DNA of 64,000 nucleotides, from the NCBI GenBank assembly GCA_963739235.1, contig CAVTZY010000033.1, positions 232,226 to 296,225 of the forward strand, written 5' to 3'. The notes under the pieces are model-generated. The model was not told the origin of the DNA and made no database searches. It was given only the letters and a program-made list of their open reading frames with translations. The DNA comes from Terriglobia bacterium (GTDB lineage: Bacteria > Acidobacteriota > UBA6911). A program made the translations under genes and the position numbers. Positions 1 to 11,226 of the stretch are shown in pieces. Position 1 is the first letter of the stretch; each line of letters starts with the position of its first letter.

Positions 1-93
1 ACATCCCCCGCGCAGCAGCACAGCCGACCCGGTATTGATCCTATGAATATCGAAGGCCTTGCGCGCCTCTCTCACTTCTAAATATAAAGACCG

Positions 94-2036
94 TTAGAGG
101 GCCAGAAAGTTTCTCATCTGCTGGGAATCGCGGGTAAGGGGGGCCGGGGGGAGACTGTTCAAAAAGACCCGGCCGTAGTTCTTGGTCATGATCCTCTTAT
201 CGAGAAGAGCGAGGATGCCGCGGTCGGATCGGCTGCGAATCAGTCTTCCAAAACCCTGTTTCAGGAGAATGACCGCTTCCGGGATCTGATAGTCGTAGAA
301 GGCGTTGCCGCCGGTCTCGTTCAAATGACGAATGCGCGCAGCGACAACGGGATCGCTGGGGACGGAAAACGGCAGTTTGTCGATCACCACACAGCTCAAC
401 TGCTCACCTTGCACATCGACCCCCTGCCAGAAACTGGCGGTGGCAAACAGCACCGCACTCGGGGTTTTGCGAAACGCTTCGAGCAGTCCACTTTTGCTCT
501 TCTCCCCCTGAATCAGCATCGGATAGGGCAAGCGCGACTGCAAGGCGTGATAGATCATGTTCATCTGGGAGTAACTGGTGAATAATAGGAAGGCGCGGCC
601 CGCGCTCGCCTCGAGGATCTGCTCCAACTCGATACACGCCTGATCCGCCCAACCCTCCTCTCTGGGTTCGGGGATTTCACCCGGCACGTAAAAGATTGCT
701 TGACGTGCAAAGTCAAAATGCGAATCCAAAATCAGTTCTTCGCAGGTGTTCAGCCCAAGCCGGGAGCGGATGAACTGAAAGTTGCCGTCGGTTGAAAGCG
801 TCGCGGAAGTGAGAATGGCGGCATCGACGCACGCAAACAGTTGATTCGCAAGTATAGAAGACACTCGGATCGGGGAAGCCCAAAGGAAAACCCCGCGTCC
901 GCGCACCTCGTACCAGTAGACATGTTCGGTGGAATCCGATTCCAGAATCGCTACCAACTCGTCATGCATTTCCTGACAACGCCGGCAGAGTGCCTCGATG
1001 GCATCGCTCTGGTTCGGCAGGCCCCCCAGCGATGTGGCAATGACCGACAGCAGGGTCAAGAACCTGTGATAGGATTCGCCCGGCGGATCCCCGCGCTGCG
1101 CGCCGCGCCGTATTTCCAAACCCTCGCCCAACTCTCGCAGAGGATACCGGCCCTCTTTGCCGCGAAATGCACCGAAGAATTCACCGGAGCAACCTGCCAG
1201 CTTTGAAACCTGATCCTGGAGAAAGGTCGCTCGATCGCCCGACTCGGCCAGAATGCGGGCGGCATCACGCGCGAACTCGTCGATCCGGTAGCTGCTGACC
1301 ATAAGACCAAAATATTGGGTGACAACATCCTCAAGTTCGTGAGCCTCGTCAAAGACGACAACGGAGTAATCCGGAAGGACGGATCCGAAATCGCCCTGGC
1401 GCAGCGCCAGATCGGCAAAAAACAGGTGGTGATTGACGATAACGATGTCCGATGCCAACGCGCGTTGCCTCACCTTGGTAACAAAACAAGCCTCAAAGTC
1501 AGCGCATTTCTGTCCGGTGCAAGTCTCACGGCGCGCGTCAAGATGGTGCCAGAGAATAAAATCATCGGGGAGTTCCTTCAACTCCGCCCGATCACCCGTC
1601 GCGGTCGTACGCACCCAATCCCGGATTGCCTCCAGATACTCGGGATCGTGCCTGGAAAACAGGTAGCCCTCGCCTCCAATTTCAGCAAGTTTTTTGAGGC
1701 ATAGATAGTTACTTCTCCCTTTGACGTAGCAGACGGAGAGCTTCCGGCCGAGGGCATTCTCCAGAAATGGCAGATCCTTGAAGAAGATCTGTTCCTGCAG
1801 ATTTTTTGTGCCTGTGGATATGATGACGCGCTTGTGGCTGAAGATGCACGGCAGGAGATAAGCGAGAGTTTTCCCCGTCCCGGTGCCCGCCTCCACACAC
1901 AAATGGTGACGCCCTTCGATGGCAGCCGCTACCGCCTGCGCCATCTGAATCTGCCCCGGGCGGAATTCATAATTGGGATGCGTGCGGGAGATCTGCCCCA
2001 TCGGGCCAAAAATATCGCTCAGCTCATCGGGTGAAA

Positions 2037-2040
<4 letters not shown>
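94..2040 (-). CDS. dinG: ATP-dependent DNA helicase, DinG/Rad3(XPD)-like
   Basis: 648-aa ORF. Walker A '[15 protein letters not shown]', DEAH box 'VVFDEAHEL', C-terminal helicase motif '[22 protein letters not shown]'. Its start overlaps the glyA stop (ATGA at 2037-2040). Confidence 0.85.
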
Positions 2041-3299
<1,259 letters not shown>

Positions 3300-3370
3300 C
3301 GACGGCCCCTTCTTTCCCGAATATGGTTACACAGTCTACCTCAGGTTCTCGCTCTCTGGAAGATCTTCAA

Positions 3371-3654
3371 TTTTGGATCTGTGATTCAGACAACAAAAAC
3401 CAAAAGCAGCCACGAATGGCACGAATAGCTATAGCCGCAAAAAAGGAATCTCATCGCAGAGCGGGCCGATAATTCGCGATTTTGCCTCCGCCACATGGGC
3501 GCAACGCTGCGCGCTGGAACAGTCTGGCGCCAGGCTGTTGGCCGGAGGCCGCCCATGTGGCGGAGGCAAAATCGTACTCCCATAGTGACCCTCTCTCCAT
3601 TCGTGCCATTCGTGGCTAGGTTTTTTTCGCTGTCTGAATCGCAGATTTTGGATC
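3371..3654. repeat. Family-A inverted-repeat (MITE/REP-like) element, copy 1
   Basis: Termini 'ttttggatctgtgattcagaca' and 'tgtctgaatcgcagattttggatc'. Subterminal 'gcagccacgaatggcacgaatag' and 'ccattcgtgccattcgtggc'. Intergenic between glyA and proS. Confidence 0.8.
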
Positions 3655-3775
3655 GCGGTTTTTGGATTGTGGGCTCGCAATAGGGAATGTCGGGGTGGGT
3701 GGATAAAATGCGATAATCCGCGCCAATCCAAAATCCGCAATCCAAACTCCAAAATCTCAGTTTACCCGATTGCGC

Positions 3776-3803
3776 TTGACTGGCGTCCCGGGTCTCCTAG
3801 AAT
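3776..3803 (+). promoter_or_regulatory. sigma-70-type promoter candidate for proS
   Basis: TTGACT (3776-3781), 16-nt spacer, TAGAAT (3798-3803). An AGGAG Shine-Dalgarno lies at 3833-3837, before the ATG at 3844. Confidence 0.5.
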
Positions 3804-3843
3804 TACCTCTTTGTGTAATGATACATTATCTTAGGAGCCTGAC

Positions 3844-5541
3844 ATGCGCTGGTCCAAGACCTTTATTCCGACTTTGCGGGACAATCCTGCGGACGCGGAG
3901 CATCCTTCCCACCAACTGTTGATTCGCGGCGGCTTTATCCGCCAACTGGCAGCTGGAATCTACTCCTTCCTTCCCCTGGGGCAACGCACGATGCTCAGGA
4001 TCATGAATATTGTCCGCGAGGAGATGAACGCTGCCGGTGCACAGGAATTTTTCCTGCCCGCGCTCCATCCGGCAGATCTCTGGCAGGAGACCGGGCGGTG
4101 GACCGACATGGGAGACAACATGTTCCGCCTGAAGGATCGTGCCAGCCGCGATCTTTGCCTGGGCATGACGCACGAAGAGATTTTTACTGATATCGCCCGC
4201 AAAGAGATCCGGTCATATAAAGACCTGCCGCAGATCTGGTACCAGATTCAAACCAAATTCCGCGATGAGGCCCGCCCCAAGTCGGGGCTCTTGAGGTTGC
4301 GCCAGTTCATCATGAAGGATTCCTACTCCTTCGATGTCGATGGGGAGGGATTGGACCGGAGCTACAACCTGCACCACGATGCCTATTGCCGCATATTTAC
4401 CCGCTGTGGCCTGAAGTTCGTGGCCGTCGAAGCGAGTTCGGGCGCAATGGGCGGAAGCCAGTCCCAGGAGTTCATGGTGCGCACGGACGCAGGCGAGGAT
4501 TTTGTGGTTTCATGTGCGTGCGGCTATGCCGCCAACCTCGAGCGGGCGACTTCGAAAATCGCGAAAATCATGGACAATCCTGCCACCGGTGCGCCGCATG
4601 AGGTCCACACCCCAGGCCAGAAAACCATTGCGGAAATCGCCGATTTCCTCCGCGTCCCGCCCACGCATCAGATCAAGTCGCTCGTGTACATCGTCAACGA
4701 CCAACCCCACCTGTTCCTCCTGCGCGGCGATCACCAGTTGAACGAAACAAAGGTCATGGCAGCCACCGGCACCTTCCAGGCGCGGCCGGCGCATCCCGAG
4801 GAAATCATCGCTGCCTTCGGAGCCCAGGCCGGCAGCCTCGGGCCTGTAAGCGTGAGTAACATGCCGATCTATGCCGATCTCGAGCTCCAGGGACGCCAGA
4901 ATCTCACCTGTGGCGCCAATAAGAACGATTATCACCTTCAAGGGGTCACCCCCGGCGTTCATTTCCAGCCGGTGTGGGTTGACCTGCGGATGGTCGAAAA
5001 AGGCGAAGGCTGCAGCCAGTGCGGCCGTCCCCTGGACGTGTACCGCGCTGCCGAAGTCGGCCACATTTTTAAACTGGGCACCAAGTATTCCCAGAGCATG
5101 GGCGCGATGGTGCTTACTGCGGACGGCAAGCAAATCCCCGCCGTCATGGGCAGCTACGGCATCGGCATGGAACGCATCATGACTTCAGCCATCGAACTCT
5201 TCCATGATGCCGACGGGATCATCTGGCCCGCTTCTATCGCGCCTTACACGGTCATCATCACACCGGTGAATTACAAGGACGACATCAAAGCCGCAGCCGA
5301 CAAATTGTACGCCGAGCTGAGTGCCGCCGGCTTCGACACCCTGCTCGATGACCGTGCCGAACGCCCCGGGGTGAAGTTCAAGGATGCCGACCTGATCGGG
5401 ATTCCCTTCCGGGTCGTATTGGGTCCTGAAAAGCTCAAACAGGGCAAGGCAGAACTCTTTGAGCGCGCCACAAGAAAAACAGAACTTCTCGAACTCCCGG
5501 CACTCGTCGCGCGCATCAAAAGCTTAATCGCCAGCGCGTAA
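3844..5541 (+). CDS. proS: proline--tRNA ligase
   Basis: 565-aa ORF. The N-terminus '[44 protein letters not shown]' is typical of bacterial ProRS. Class II core and a C-terminal anticodon-binding region are present. Confidence 0.95.
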   Translation: MRWSKTFIPTLRDNPADAEHPSHQLLIRGGFIRQLAAGIYSFLPLGQRTMLRIMNIVREEMNAAGAQEFFLPALHPADLWQETGRWTDMGDNMFRLKDRASRDLCLGMTHEEIFTDIARKEIRSYKDLPQIWYQIQTKFRDEARPKSGLLRLRQFIMKDSYSFDVDGEGLDRSYNLHHDAYCRIFTRCGLKFVAVEASSGAMGGSQSQEFMVRTDAGEDFVVSCACGYAANLERATSKIAKIMDNPATGAPHEVHTPGQKTIAEIADFLRVPPTHQIKSLVYIVNDQPHLFLLRGDHQLNETKVMAATGTFQARPAHPEEIIAAFGAQAGSLGPVSVSNMPIYADLELQGRQNLTCGANKNDYHLQGVTPGVHFQPVWVDLRMVEKGEGCSQCGRPLDVYRAAEVGHIFKLGTKYSQSMGAMVLTADGKQIPAVMGSYGIGMERIMTSAIELFHDADGIIWPASIAPYTVIITPVNYKDDIKAAADKLYAELSAAGFDTLLDDRAERPGVKFKDADLIGIPFRVVLGPEKLKQGKAELFERATRKTELLELPALVARIKSLIASA

Positions 5542-5555
5542 GAATTCCGGCCTCA

Positions 5556-5795
5556 AAACTGCAAAAGCGGCAACGAATGACACGGCGCGGCATAGCCGCA
5601 ACCAAAAAAACTCACCGCGGAGATCGCCGAGACCGCGGAGAGCCCTTTTGTTTTTCAATATCTTGTCTCTCCGGTCTCCGCAATCTTTGCGGTGAGCAGT
5701 TGCTTTTCTTGCCTAAATGGCAAGGACTTATACGTAAGAAACAAATGGTTGGTATCATTCGTGGCGGCCTTGAAAAGACCATTAATTTTCATGCG
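5556..5795. repeat. Family-A-related inverted-repeat element (sub-family with 'aaaactgcaaaagc...aattttcatgcg' ends)
   Basis: Ends 'aaaactgcaaaagcggcaacgaatgacac' and 'cattcgtggcggccttgaaaagaccattaattttcatgcg'. Internal palindrome 'ctcaccgcggagatcgccgagaccgcggagag' / 'ctctccggtctccgcaatctttgcggtgag'. The same ends recur at 32041-32125. Confidence 0.7.
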
Positions 5796-6744
5796 CCTTG
5801 GTGCGGCCTCTTGCGCGCGGGTGGCAGGAACGGTAGATACGCACCAGTTGCTCGATCGATACGTGCGTGTACTTCTGCGTAGTGGAGAGGCTTTCGTGAC
5901 CCAGGAGTTCCTGGATTGAACGCAGGTCGGCACCGGCATTGAGCATGTGGGTGGCAAAGGTGTGGCGCAAGGTGTGCGGGTGCACGTGAAGTCTCTGAGC
6001 CAGCCTGACGACATGCCGGCCAACGATGACGGCGACGCCACGCGTGGTCAACCGGCCGCCTCGTGAATTCAGGAAAACCGCGTCGCCTTCTGCCGTCCGC
6101 CCTTTTTCCGGATTTTTCGCACTGAGTGCGCTCCGCACTTCGAGGTAGGTTCGGATCGCGGCTGCCGCCTTTCTGCCGAAGGGAACGATCCGTTCCTTGC
6201 GTCCCTTGCCCAGAACGCGGATGAAGCCTCCTTCGAGGTCAAGAGCTTCCCTGTCCAGGCCGACAAGCTCGCTCACACGGATGCCCGTAGCATAGAACAA
6301 CTCGAGAATCGCCAGATCCCGAACCGCCAACTTCGTACCCGCGCCTGGCCTGTCGAGCAATTCGGCCATCGAAGACGCCGACAGATGCTCGGGGAGGCGC
6401 TTCTCCAGTTTCGGCGACGCGACATCCCTGGCCGGATTGTTCGGCAGCACCCCCTGTTGTGCCAGATACTTCATGAAGGAGCGCAGTACAGCCAGCTTGC
6501 GTGCCACGGATGACTTCCGGTTTTGTTTTTGGTAAAGCATGCCCAGGAATTCGCGTATCGTCAGGTTGTCAATCTGGGTGAGTTCCGGTTGGGGACGCGG
6601 TTCTCCTGTGGAAGCGTGCGTCAGGAAGTAATGGAACTGATACAGGTCGGACGCATAGTTGCGCACGGTGTGGGGAGATGCATCCCGTTCGAAGCGCAGG
6701 TGCGTGAGGTACTGCTCAATCCAGGAAGCCAGAGTCAGGCTCAT
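5782..6744 (-). CDS. xerC: site-specific tyrosine recombinase, XerC/XerD family
   Basis: 320-aa ORF. N-terminal SAM-like domain 'YLTHLRFERDASPHTVRNYASDLYQF'. Catalytic region 'HPHTLRHTFATHML..GADLRSIQELLGHESLSTTQKYTHV'. XerC and XerD cannot be told apart from sequence alone. Confidence 0.85.
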   Translation of the reverse strand: MSLTLASWIEQYLTHLRFERDASPHTVRNYASDLYQFHYFLTHASTGEPRPQPELTQIDNLTIREFLGMLYQKQNRKSSVARKLAVLRSFMKYLAQQGVLPNNPARDVASPKLEKRLPEHLSASSMAELLDRPGAGTKLAVRDLAILELFYATGIRVSELVGLDREALDLEGGFIRVLGKGRKERIVPFGRKAAAAIRTYLEVRSALSAKNPEKGRTAEGDAVFLNSRGGRLTTRGVAVIVGRHVVRLAQRLHVHPHTLRHTFATHMLNAGADLRSIQELLGHESLSTTQKYTHVSIEQLVRIYRSCHPRARGRTKAHEN

Positions 6745-6748
6745 TGAT

Positions 6749-8101
6749 CTACTCGATTTTCGCCGGAATCCTTTTCATGGGTGAACCCAGGAGTTCAATC
6801 CACGACTCCATCGACTTGAGCGCTTCTTCCACTTGAACGCGATGGCGCTCTTTGCGGTCACGAATGTCCCTTACCGTGTCGGACGGTTCAGGCAGCAGTC
6901 CAAAGCTGATGTTGGCCGGTTGAAAATGCTCAGGCGCCGCGCTGCTGATGTAATGCAGCAAACTGCCGCATGCGGTCTCGCGCGGCGCCGCCAGCGGCTC
7001 TTCGTCTCGCAGGAGGCGCACCGCGTTGATGCCGGCAACCACACCAGTCGCTATGGATTCCACATAACCTTCCACACCACAGATCTGTCCCGCAAAAAAC
7101 AGGTCGGGCCGCCTCCGCGTCTGGAGGGTCCGGCCCAGCAGTTTGGGAGACAACAGGTAGGTATTGCGGTGAATCTGGCCGAAGCGGAGGAATTCCGCAT
7201 TCTTCAGCCCGGGAATGAGCCGAAAGATTCTCTTTTGCTCCGGAAAGCGCAGGTGGTTTTGAAAGCCGACCAAGTTGTAGCTGTCGGCCATGAGATTCTC
7301 CTGGCGCAGCTGGACCACGGCATACGGGCGGCGATGAGTGCGCGGGTCGATCAGCCCCACCGGCTTCATCGGTCCGAAGCGAAGCGTATCGACTCCGCGC
7401 CGCGCCAGTTCCTCGATCGGCAGGCAGCCTTCGAAATACAGCGCCCTTTCGAATTCATGAACGGGAACCGATTCCGCGCTGATCAACGCTTCGTAAAAGA
7501 GCCGGTACTCCTGCTGTGTCATGGGGGCGTTGAGGTAGTCCTCTCCGCCTTTGCCATACCGGGATGCCGCATAGAGTATGGTTTCATCGATCGTCGTGGC
7601 GTCGACAATCGGCGATATCGCATCATAGAAATACAGGTGATGGGTGCCCGCAAATGCCGCGATGGCGCGCGACAGTGCATCCGAGGTCAGGGGGCCTGTG
7701 GCAATGACCGTGACTCCCTCCGCAGGAATGGAGCTGACTTCTCCGCGCACAACGCGGATGCGGGGCTCGCTCAGGATCTCCTCGGTAACGCGGCGGGAGA
7801 ACAGTTCGCGATCCACCGCCAGCGCGTGCCCGGCCGGAACGCAAGTCTCATCGGCGATGCGCACGAGCAAGCTGCCGAGCCGCCTCAACTCTTCCTTGAG
7901 CAGGTACGGCGCAGTCCCGGGCAGATTGGATTTCAGCGAGTTGCTGCAGACCAGTTCTGCGAATTCGCCGGTTTTATGGGCAGGAGTCAGGACGGCAGGG
8001 CGCATTTCGTGCAGGTGGACACGGCACCCGCCGCGGGCCGCCTGCCAGGCCGCCTCTGCCCCCGCCAACCCGGCCCCAATGACGATGACATCCGGCTTCA
8101 T
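6749..8101 (-). CDS. trmFO: methylenetetrahydrofolate--tRNA-(uracil-5-)-methyltransferase
   Basis: FAD-binding N-terminus 'MKPDVIVIGAGLAGAEAAWQAA' and 'FFAGQICGVEGYVES'. Start set at the ATG at 8101, which is internal to the 470-aa ORF. Confidence 0.9.
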   Translation of the reverse strand: MKPDVIVIGAGLAGAEAAWQAARGGCRVHLHEMRPAVLTPAHKTGEFAELVCSNSLKSNLPGTAPYLLKEELRRLGSLLVRIADETCVPAGHALAVDRELFSRRVTEEILSEPRIRVVRGEVSSIPAEGVTVIATGPLTSDALSRAIAAFAGTHHLYFYDAISPIVDATTIDETILYAASRYGKGGEDYLNAPMTQQEYRLFYEALISAESVPVHEFERALYFEGCLPIEELARRGVDTLRFGPMKPVGLIDPRTHRRPYAVVQLRQENLMADSYNLVGFQNHLRFPEQKRIFRLIPGLKNAEFLRFGQIHRNTYLLSPKLLGRTLQTRRRPDLFFAGQICGVEGYVESIATGVVAGINAVRLLRDEEPLAAPRETACGSLLHYISSAAPEHFQPANISFGLLPEPSDTVRDIRDRKERHRVQVEEALKSMESWIELLGSPMKRIPAKIE

Positions 8102-8160
8102 ACCTTCCCCGATCACGTGCGCCGATAGCCTATCTGAGGCACAGGGGGCAAACAACCCCA

Positions 8161-8368
8161 AATTGAATCTGCGATTCAGACATTACAAGCTAAAAGCAGC
8201 CACGAATGGCACGAATAGCCCTTGCCGCAATCTGGAGACCTGATCGCAGAGCGGGCCGGAGGCCGCCTGCGTGGAGAAGGCGAAATGGCACTCCCATGGT
8301 GGCCCCTCTCTCCATTCGTGCCATTCGTGGCAAAGTTTTTTCCCCGGTCTGAATCGCAAAAATTGAAT
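8161..8368. repeat. Family-A inverted-repeat element, copy 2
   Basis: Ends 'aattgaatctgcgattcagaca' and 'gtctgaatcgcaaaaattgaat', with 'gcagccacgaatggcacgaatag' and 'ccattcgtgccattcgtggc' subtermini. Confidence 0.8.
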
Positions 8369-8484
8369 GGCCATTCACAAATGACGATTGAGGAATGCCG
8401 AGCGCGCGGGGCAGTCAAATCGTCGTCATTGCGGACACAGGCAAATGCCCCGATACGGGAGCGGGGATCAGCGGCCTTTATTCA

Positions 8485-8895
8485 TCATTCGTCTTTTGGC
8501 CTGTCCGGAATGAAGTTGAGAGCTGCGGAATTGATGCAATAGCGTAATCCCGTAGGTTCGGGCCCGTCCGCGAATACGTGGCCGAGGTGGCTCTCACAGC
8601 GGCTGCACAGCACTTCTACCCGATGCATGGAGTGACTGTCGTCGGGTTCGGTTGCGAGGTTTGCTGGATCCGCCGGCGCATAAAAACTCGGCCAACCGCA
8701 GCCGGCATCAAATTTGGCGTCGGAACTGAACAATTCGGCGCCGCAGGCAACGCACCAATAGGTTCCCTTATCCTGGTTGTTCCAGCAGGCACCCGTGAAG
8801 GGCCTTTCGGTTTTCTTCCGTCGCGTCACCTCGTACTGCTCTGGAGTCAGCAGTTTTTTCCATTGCGCATCGGTTTTGATGGTTTTTCGGATCAT
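8485..8895 (-). CDS. msrB: peptide-methionine (R)-S-oxide reductase
   Basis: 136-aa ORF with two CxxC pairs ('CVACGAELF', '[12 protein letters not shown]') and 'GCGWPSF'. Confidence 0.92.
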   Translation of the reverse strand: MIRKTIKTDAQWKKLLTPEQYEVTRRKKTERPFTGACWNNQDKGTYWCVACGAELFSSDAKFDAGCGWPSFYAPADPANLATEPDDSHSMHRVEVLCSRCESHLGHVFADGPEPTGLRYCINSAALNFIPDRPKDE

Positions 8896-9026
8896 GGATC
8901 CCTCCGCAGGAGTCTCTCAATAAATCATCCTGCAGGGTCCCCTGAAATGCAAATCGGGCAGACCCCGGAGAATGCCCCTAAATATAGTGCGCAGATTGGA
9001 TTCTTGCTCTGCCTGGTGCGTCCCGG

Positions 9027-10745
9027 TCATTTCTTGGGGAGGTTCAGCGCATCTTCGAGCACGATGCTGTGATTTGCCAGGGTATCGCCGACGACCTGGT
9101 CGAGCGCAATGCGGCTCTGGATCCAGGCGATTTTCGCCTGCAGCAGCACGCTTTGCGCATTTTGCAGATCCCTTTGGGCCTGGACAACGAGGAAGGTCGT
9201 ACTGGCGCCCAGCATGTACTTGTCTTGTTCACCCTGCAAGCGTTTCTCCTGGTAATCCACGGCAACCTGCGCGGCTTCCACGCTCGCTTTGTTCAATGCA
9301 ACGCTATCGAAAGACTGGCGTACCTGCAGAGTTATCTGCTGGCGCAAGGCGCGCAGACTTTCCTCGCCCTGCTTGTAGGCGATTTGCGCCTGGGCATTGT
9401 TGACTCGCGCCTGATCGTTGCCGATTGGAACACGCAAGGCAAAGCCGAAGGCGTAGCCGAGATTGCTGCCGCTGAACAAGGAGCTGAGGGAGTCCATGAA
9501 TCCCCCGGGGATCATCCCGATAATGGGCGCATTGAGAAATCCTTTGGAGAAGTCCCGTTGAATCGTATCTCCTCCAAGCCCGTTCTGCGAATAGCTCCCC
9601 GTGAAATCAAGCACCGGCCGGAGCTGGTTTCGGGTGTAATCTACGTTGATTTTGTTGTTCGCCTGATTCGCCTGCTGGGCTTTGACTTCGGGACGTATTT
9701 CCAGCGCACGCTGTATCGCCTCCGTCAGCGCGCCGGCTGGCGGCGGGGGTAGCAGCACCTGGCTGGTCGGGACAATTGTCGCATCCATCAATGCCGGTGC
9801 CGACCGCGACGAAATCAGCTTTTTGAGCTGGTCCTCGATGATGCGGCGATTGTAGCGCGAAACGATCAGCTGCTGGTTCACGCTCGCCGCCTGGGCCTGC
9901 GCCTGCAGTACGTCCAGCGGAGCCATGGTTCCGACCTGCTCTTGTATTTGGGTCTGCTCGAGGGTCAGCTGCGCCAGCTTCAGTGAGGCTTCCTTGACAC
10001 TGATGTCTTCATCGCTGAAGACGAGATTCCAGTAAGTATTGAGTACGCTGCTCACGATACTGATCAGGCTGGTGGAGAAGTTATCCACCGAGATGTCGTA
10101 GTTGTTGCGCGCGATGTGCAGGAAGCGCCCGCGGCTGATGTTACCGTAGCCCTGCAGCAGGTGCTGCGTGAAGCCGATGCTCCACAGTGAGGTAAGCGAA
10201 GGGTTCAGGCTGGAGAAAGGGCTGTTGGTGCGCGCCCGGGTAGTGCTGTAGTTAAAGTCGAAGTCCAGGCCGGACTCGAAGGGCTTGTGCACGTTCATGC
10301 TGTAAACGCTGCTTAAATTGAGCACCGCCTCGCCGCCCTGCAACGCGCTCGATGCCGGCGTCACATTTCGGTTGATGCCGGGAGTGAACTGTACGGTCGG
10401 ATTGAGCACCGCCCTTCCGCCCTCGATGCCCCATAATTGCAAATAGGGGGTATAGCGCAACACGTTGATATCGACGTTGTTCGCCAGCGCCAGGCTCACG
10501 GCATCCTCGCTGCTGATTTCGAGTCTGCCGTTCTTGATCATGGATTCGAGCAGACTTTCTCCCCGCAACTCAATAGTGCGCACAGCCGGAGGCGCAAAAT
10601 CGCCAGTGAATATGCGGATTAACGCATTTCCCTGCGAATGGAGCTGCGGCAGCCCTTTTTCCTGAGCCGACAATGGAAGTGCGAGCAGTGCGCACACTCC
10701 CCAGGCCATCAGTTTGCGTGTGAAAGGATTCTTGATATACGTCAT
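9027..10745 (-). CDS. TolC-family outer-membrane efflux protein
   Basis: Signal peptide 'KLMAWGVCALLALPLSAQ'. Two long coiled repeat halves typical of outer-membrane factors. Start set at the ATG at 10745. Confidence 0.8.
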   Translation of the reverse strand: MTYIKNPFTRKLMAWGVCALLALPLSAQEKGLPQLHSQGNALIRIFTGDFAPPAVRTIELRGESLLESMIKNGRLEISSEDAVSLALANNVDINVLRYTPYLQLWGIEGGRAVLNPTVQFTPGINRNVTPASSALQGGEAVLNLSSVYSMNVHKPFESGLDFDFNYSTTRARTNSPFSSLNPSLTSLWSIGFTQHLLQGYGNISRGRFLHIARNNYDISVDNFSTSLISIVSSVLNTYWNLVFSDEDISVKEASLKLAQLTLEQTQIQEQVGTMAPLDVLQAQAQAASVNQQLIVSRYNRRIIEDQLKKLISSRSAPALMDATIVPTSQVLLPPPPAGALTEAIQRALEIRPEVKAQQANQANNKINVDYTRNQLRPVLDFTGSYSQNGLGGDTIQRDFSKGFLNAPIIGMIPGGFMDSLSSLFSGSNLGYAFGFALRVPIGNDQARVNNAQAQIAYKQGEESLRALRQQITLQVRQSFDSVALNKASVEAAQVAVDYQEKRLQGEQDKYMLGASTTFLVVQAQRDLQNAQSVLLQAKIAWIQSRIALDQVVGDTLANHSIVLEDALNLPKK

Positions 10746-10880
10746 GGTTCCCCCCAAAATCCCTGGATACGACGCGATGCGCGGATCCGGAACGCCGCCG
10801 ATCGCATATGAGATCTGAAATATCGCACTGTTTACAAAATGGAATCCACTACGGTGCCCCGATCAACTCGTCTATTTCTG

Positions 10881-11197
10881 TGCCGCCCTTTCAGGGCTCG
10901 AGATCTCCCGACCTCAACCCAGGGCTTACGCCCTGGGCTCTGCTGTCACGCCCTTTCAGGGCTAAGCATTTCACCACTGCGAAAACCCGAAGGGGCCAAG
11001 CATTTCACCCCTGCGAAAACCCCGAAGCATTTCACCCCTGCGAAAACCCCGAAGGGGTGGCGCAGCAAAGCCCAGGGCGTGAGCCCTGGGAACAGGGGAT
11101 CTAGCTGGCCAGAGCCCTGAAAGGGCGGCGCAGGGAACGCGCGATGAGAGAACAATATTTTCGTGCATCACTGGGCGCGCCCCGGCGCATGAGGGAT
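10881..11197. repeat. Family-B composite palindromic repeat with an internal tandem triplication
   Basis: Arms 'gccctttcagggc' and 'gccctgaaagggc', plus 'cccagggc..gccctggg' palindromes. Tandem units start at 10964, 10998 and 11025 ('aagcatttcacc(a/c)ctgcgaaaacccc'). Confidence 0.8.
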
Positions 11198-11226
11198 CGT
11201 TTCGAAACTCGACAGGCTCCGGCAGT

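Noticed and set aside
3405-3425. Sigma-54 promoter (-24 TGGCAC) inside Family-A repeats, given the nearby sigma-54 activator
   Set aside because: TGGCAC is followed by 'GAATAGC...'. A TTGC element is absent or lies at the wrong spacing (about 9 nt instead of 5). The motif is part of the repeat hairpin.
10964-11057. Tandem repeats that could be mistaken for a mini CRISPR array
   Set aside because: The units are directly adjacent with no unique spacers. There are only three copies, embedded in a dispersed palindromic repeat family, and no cas genes are present in the window.
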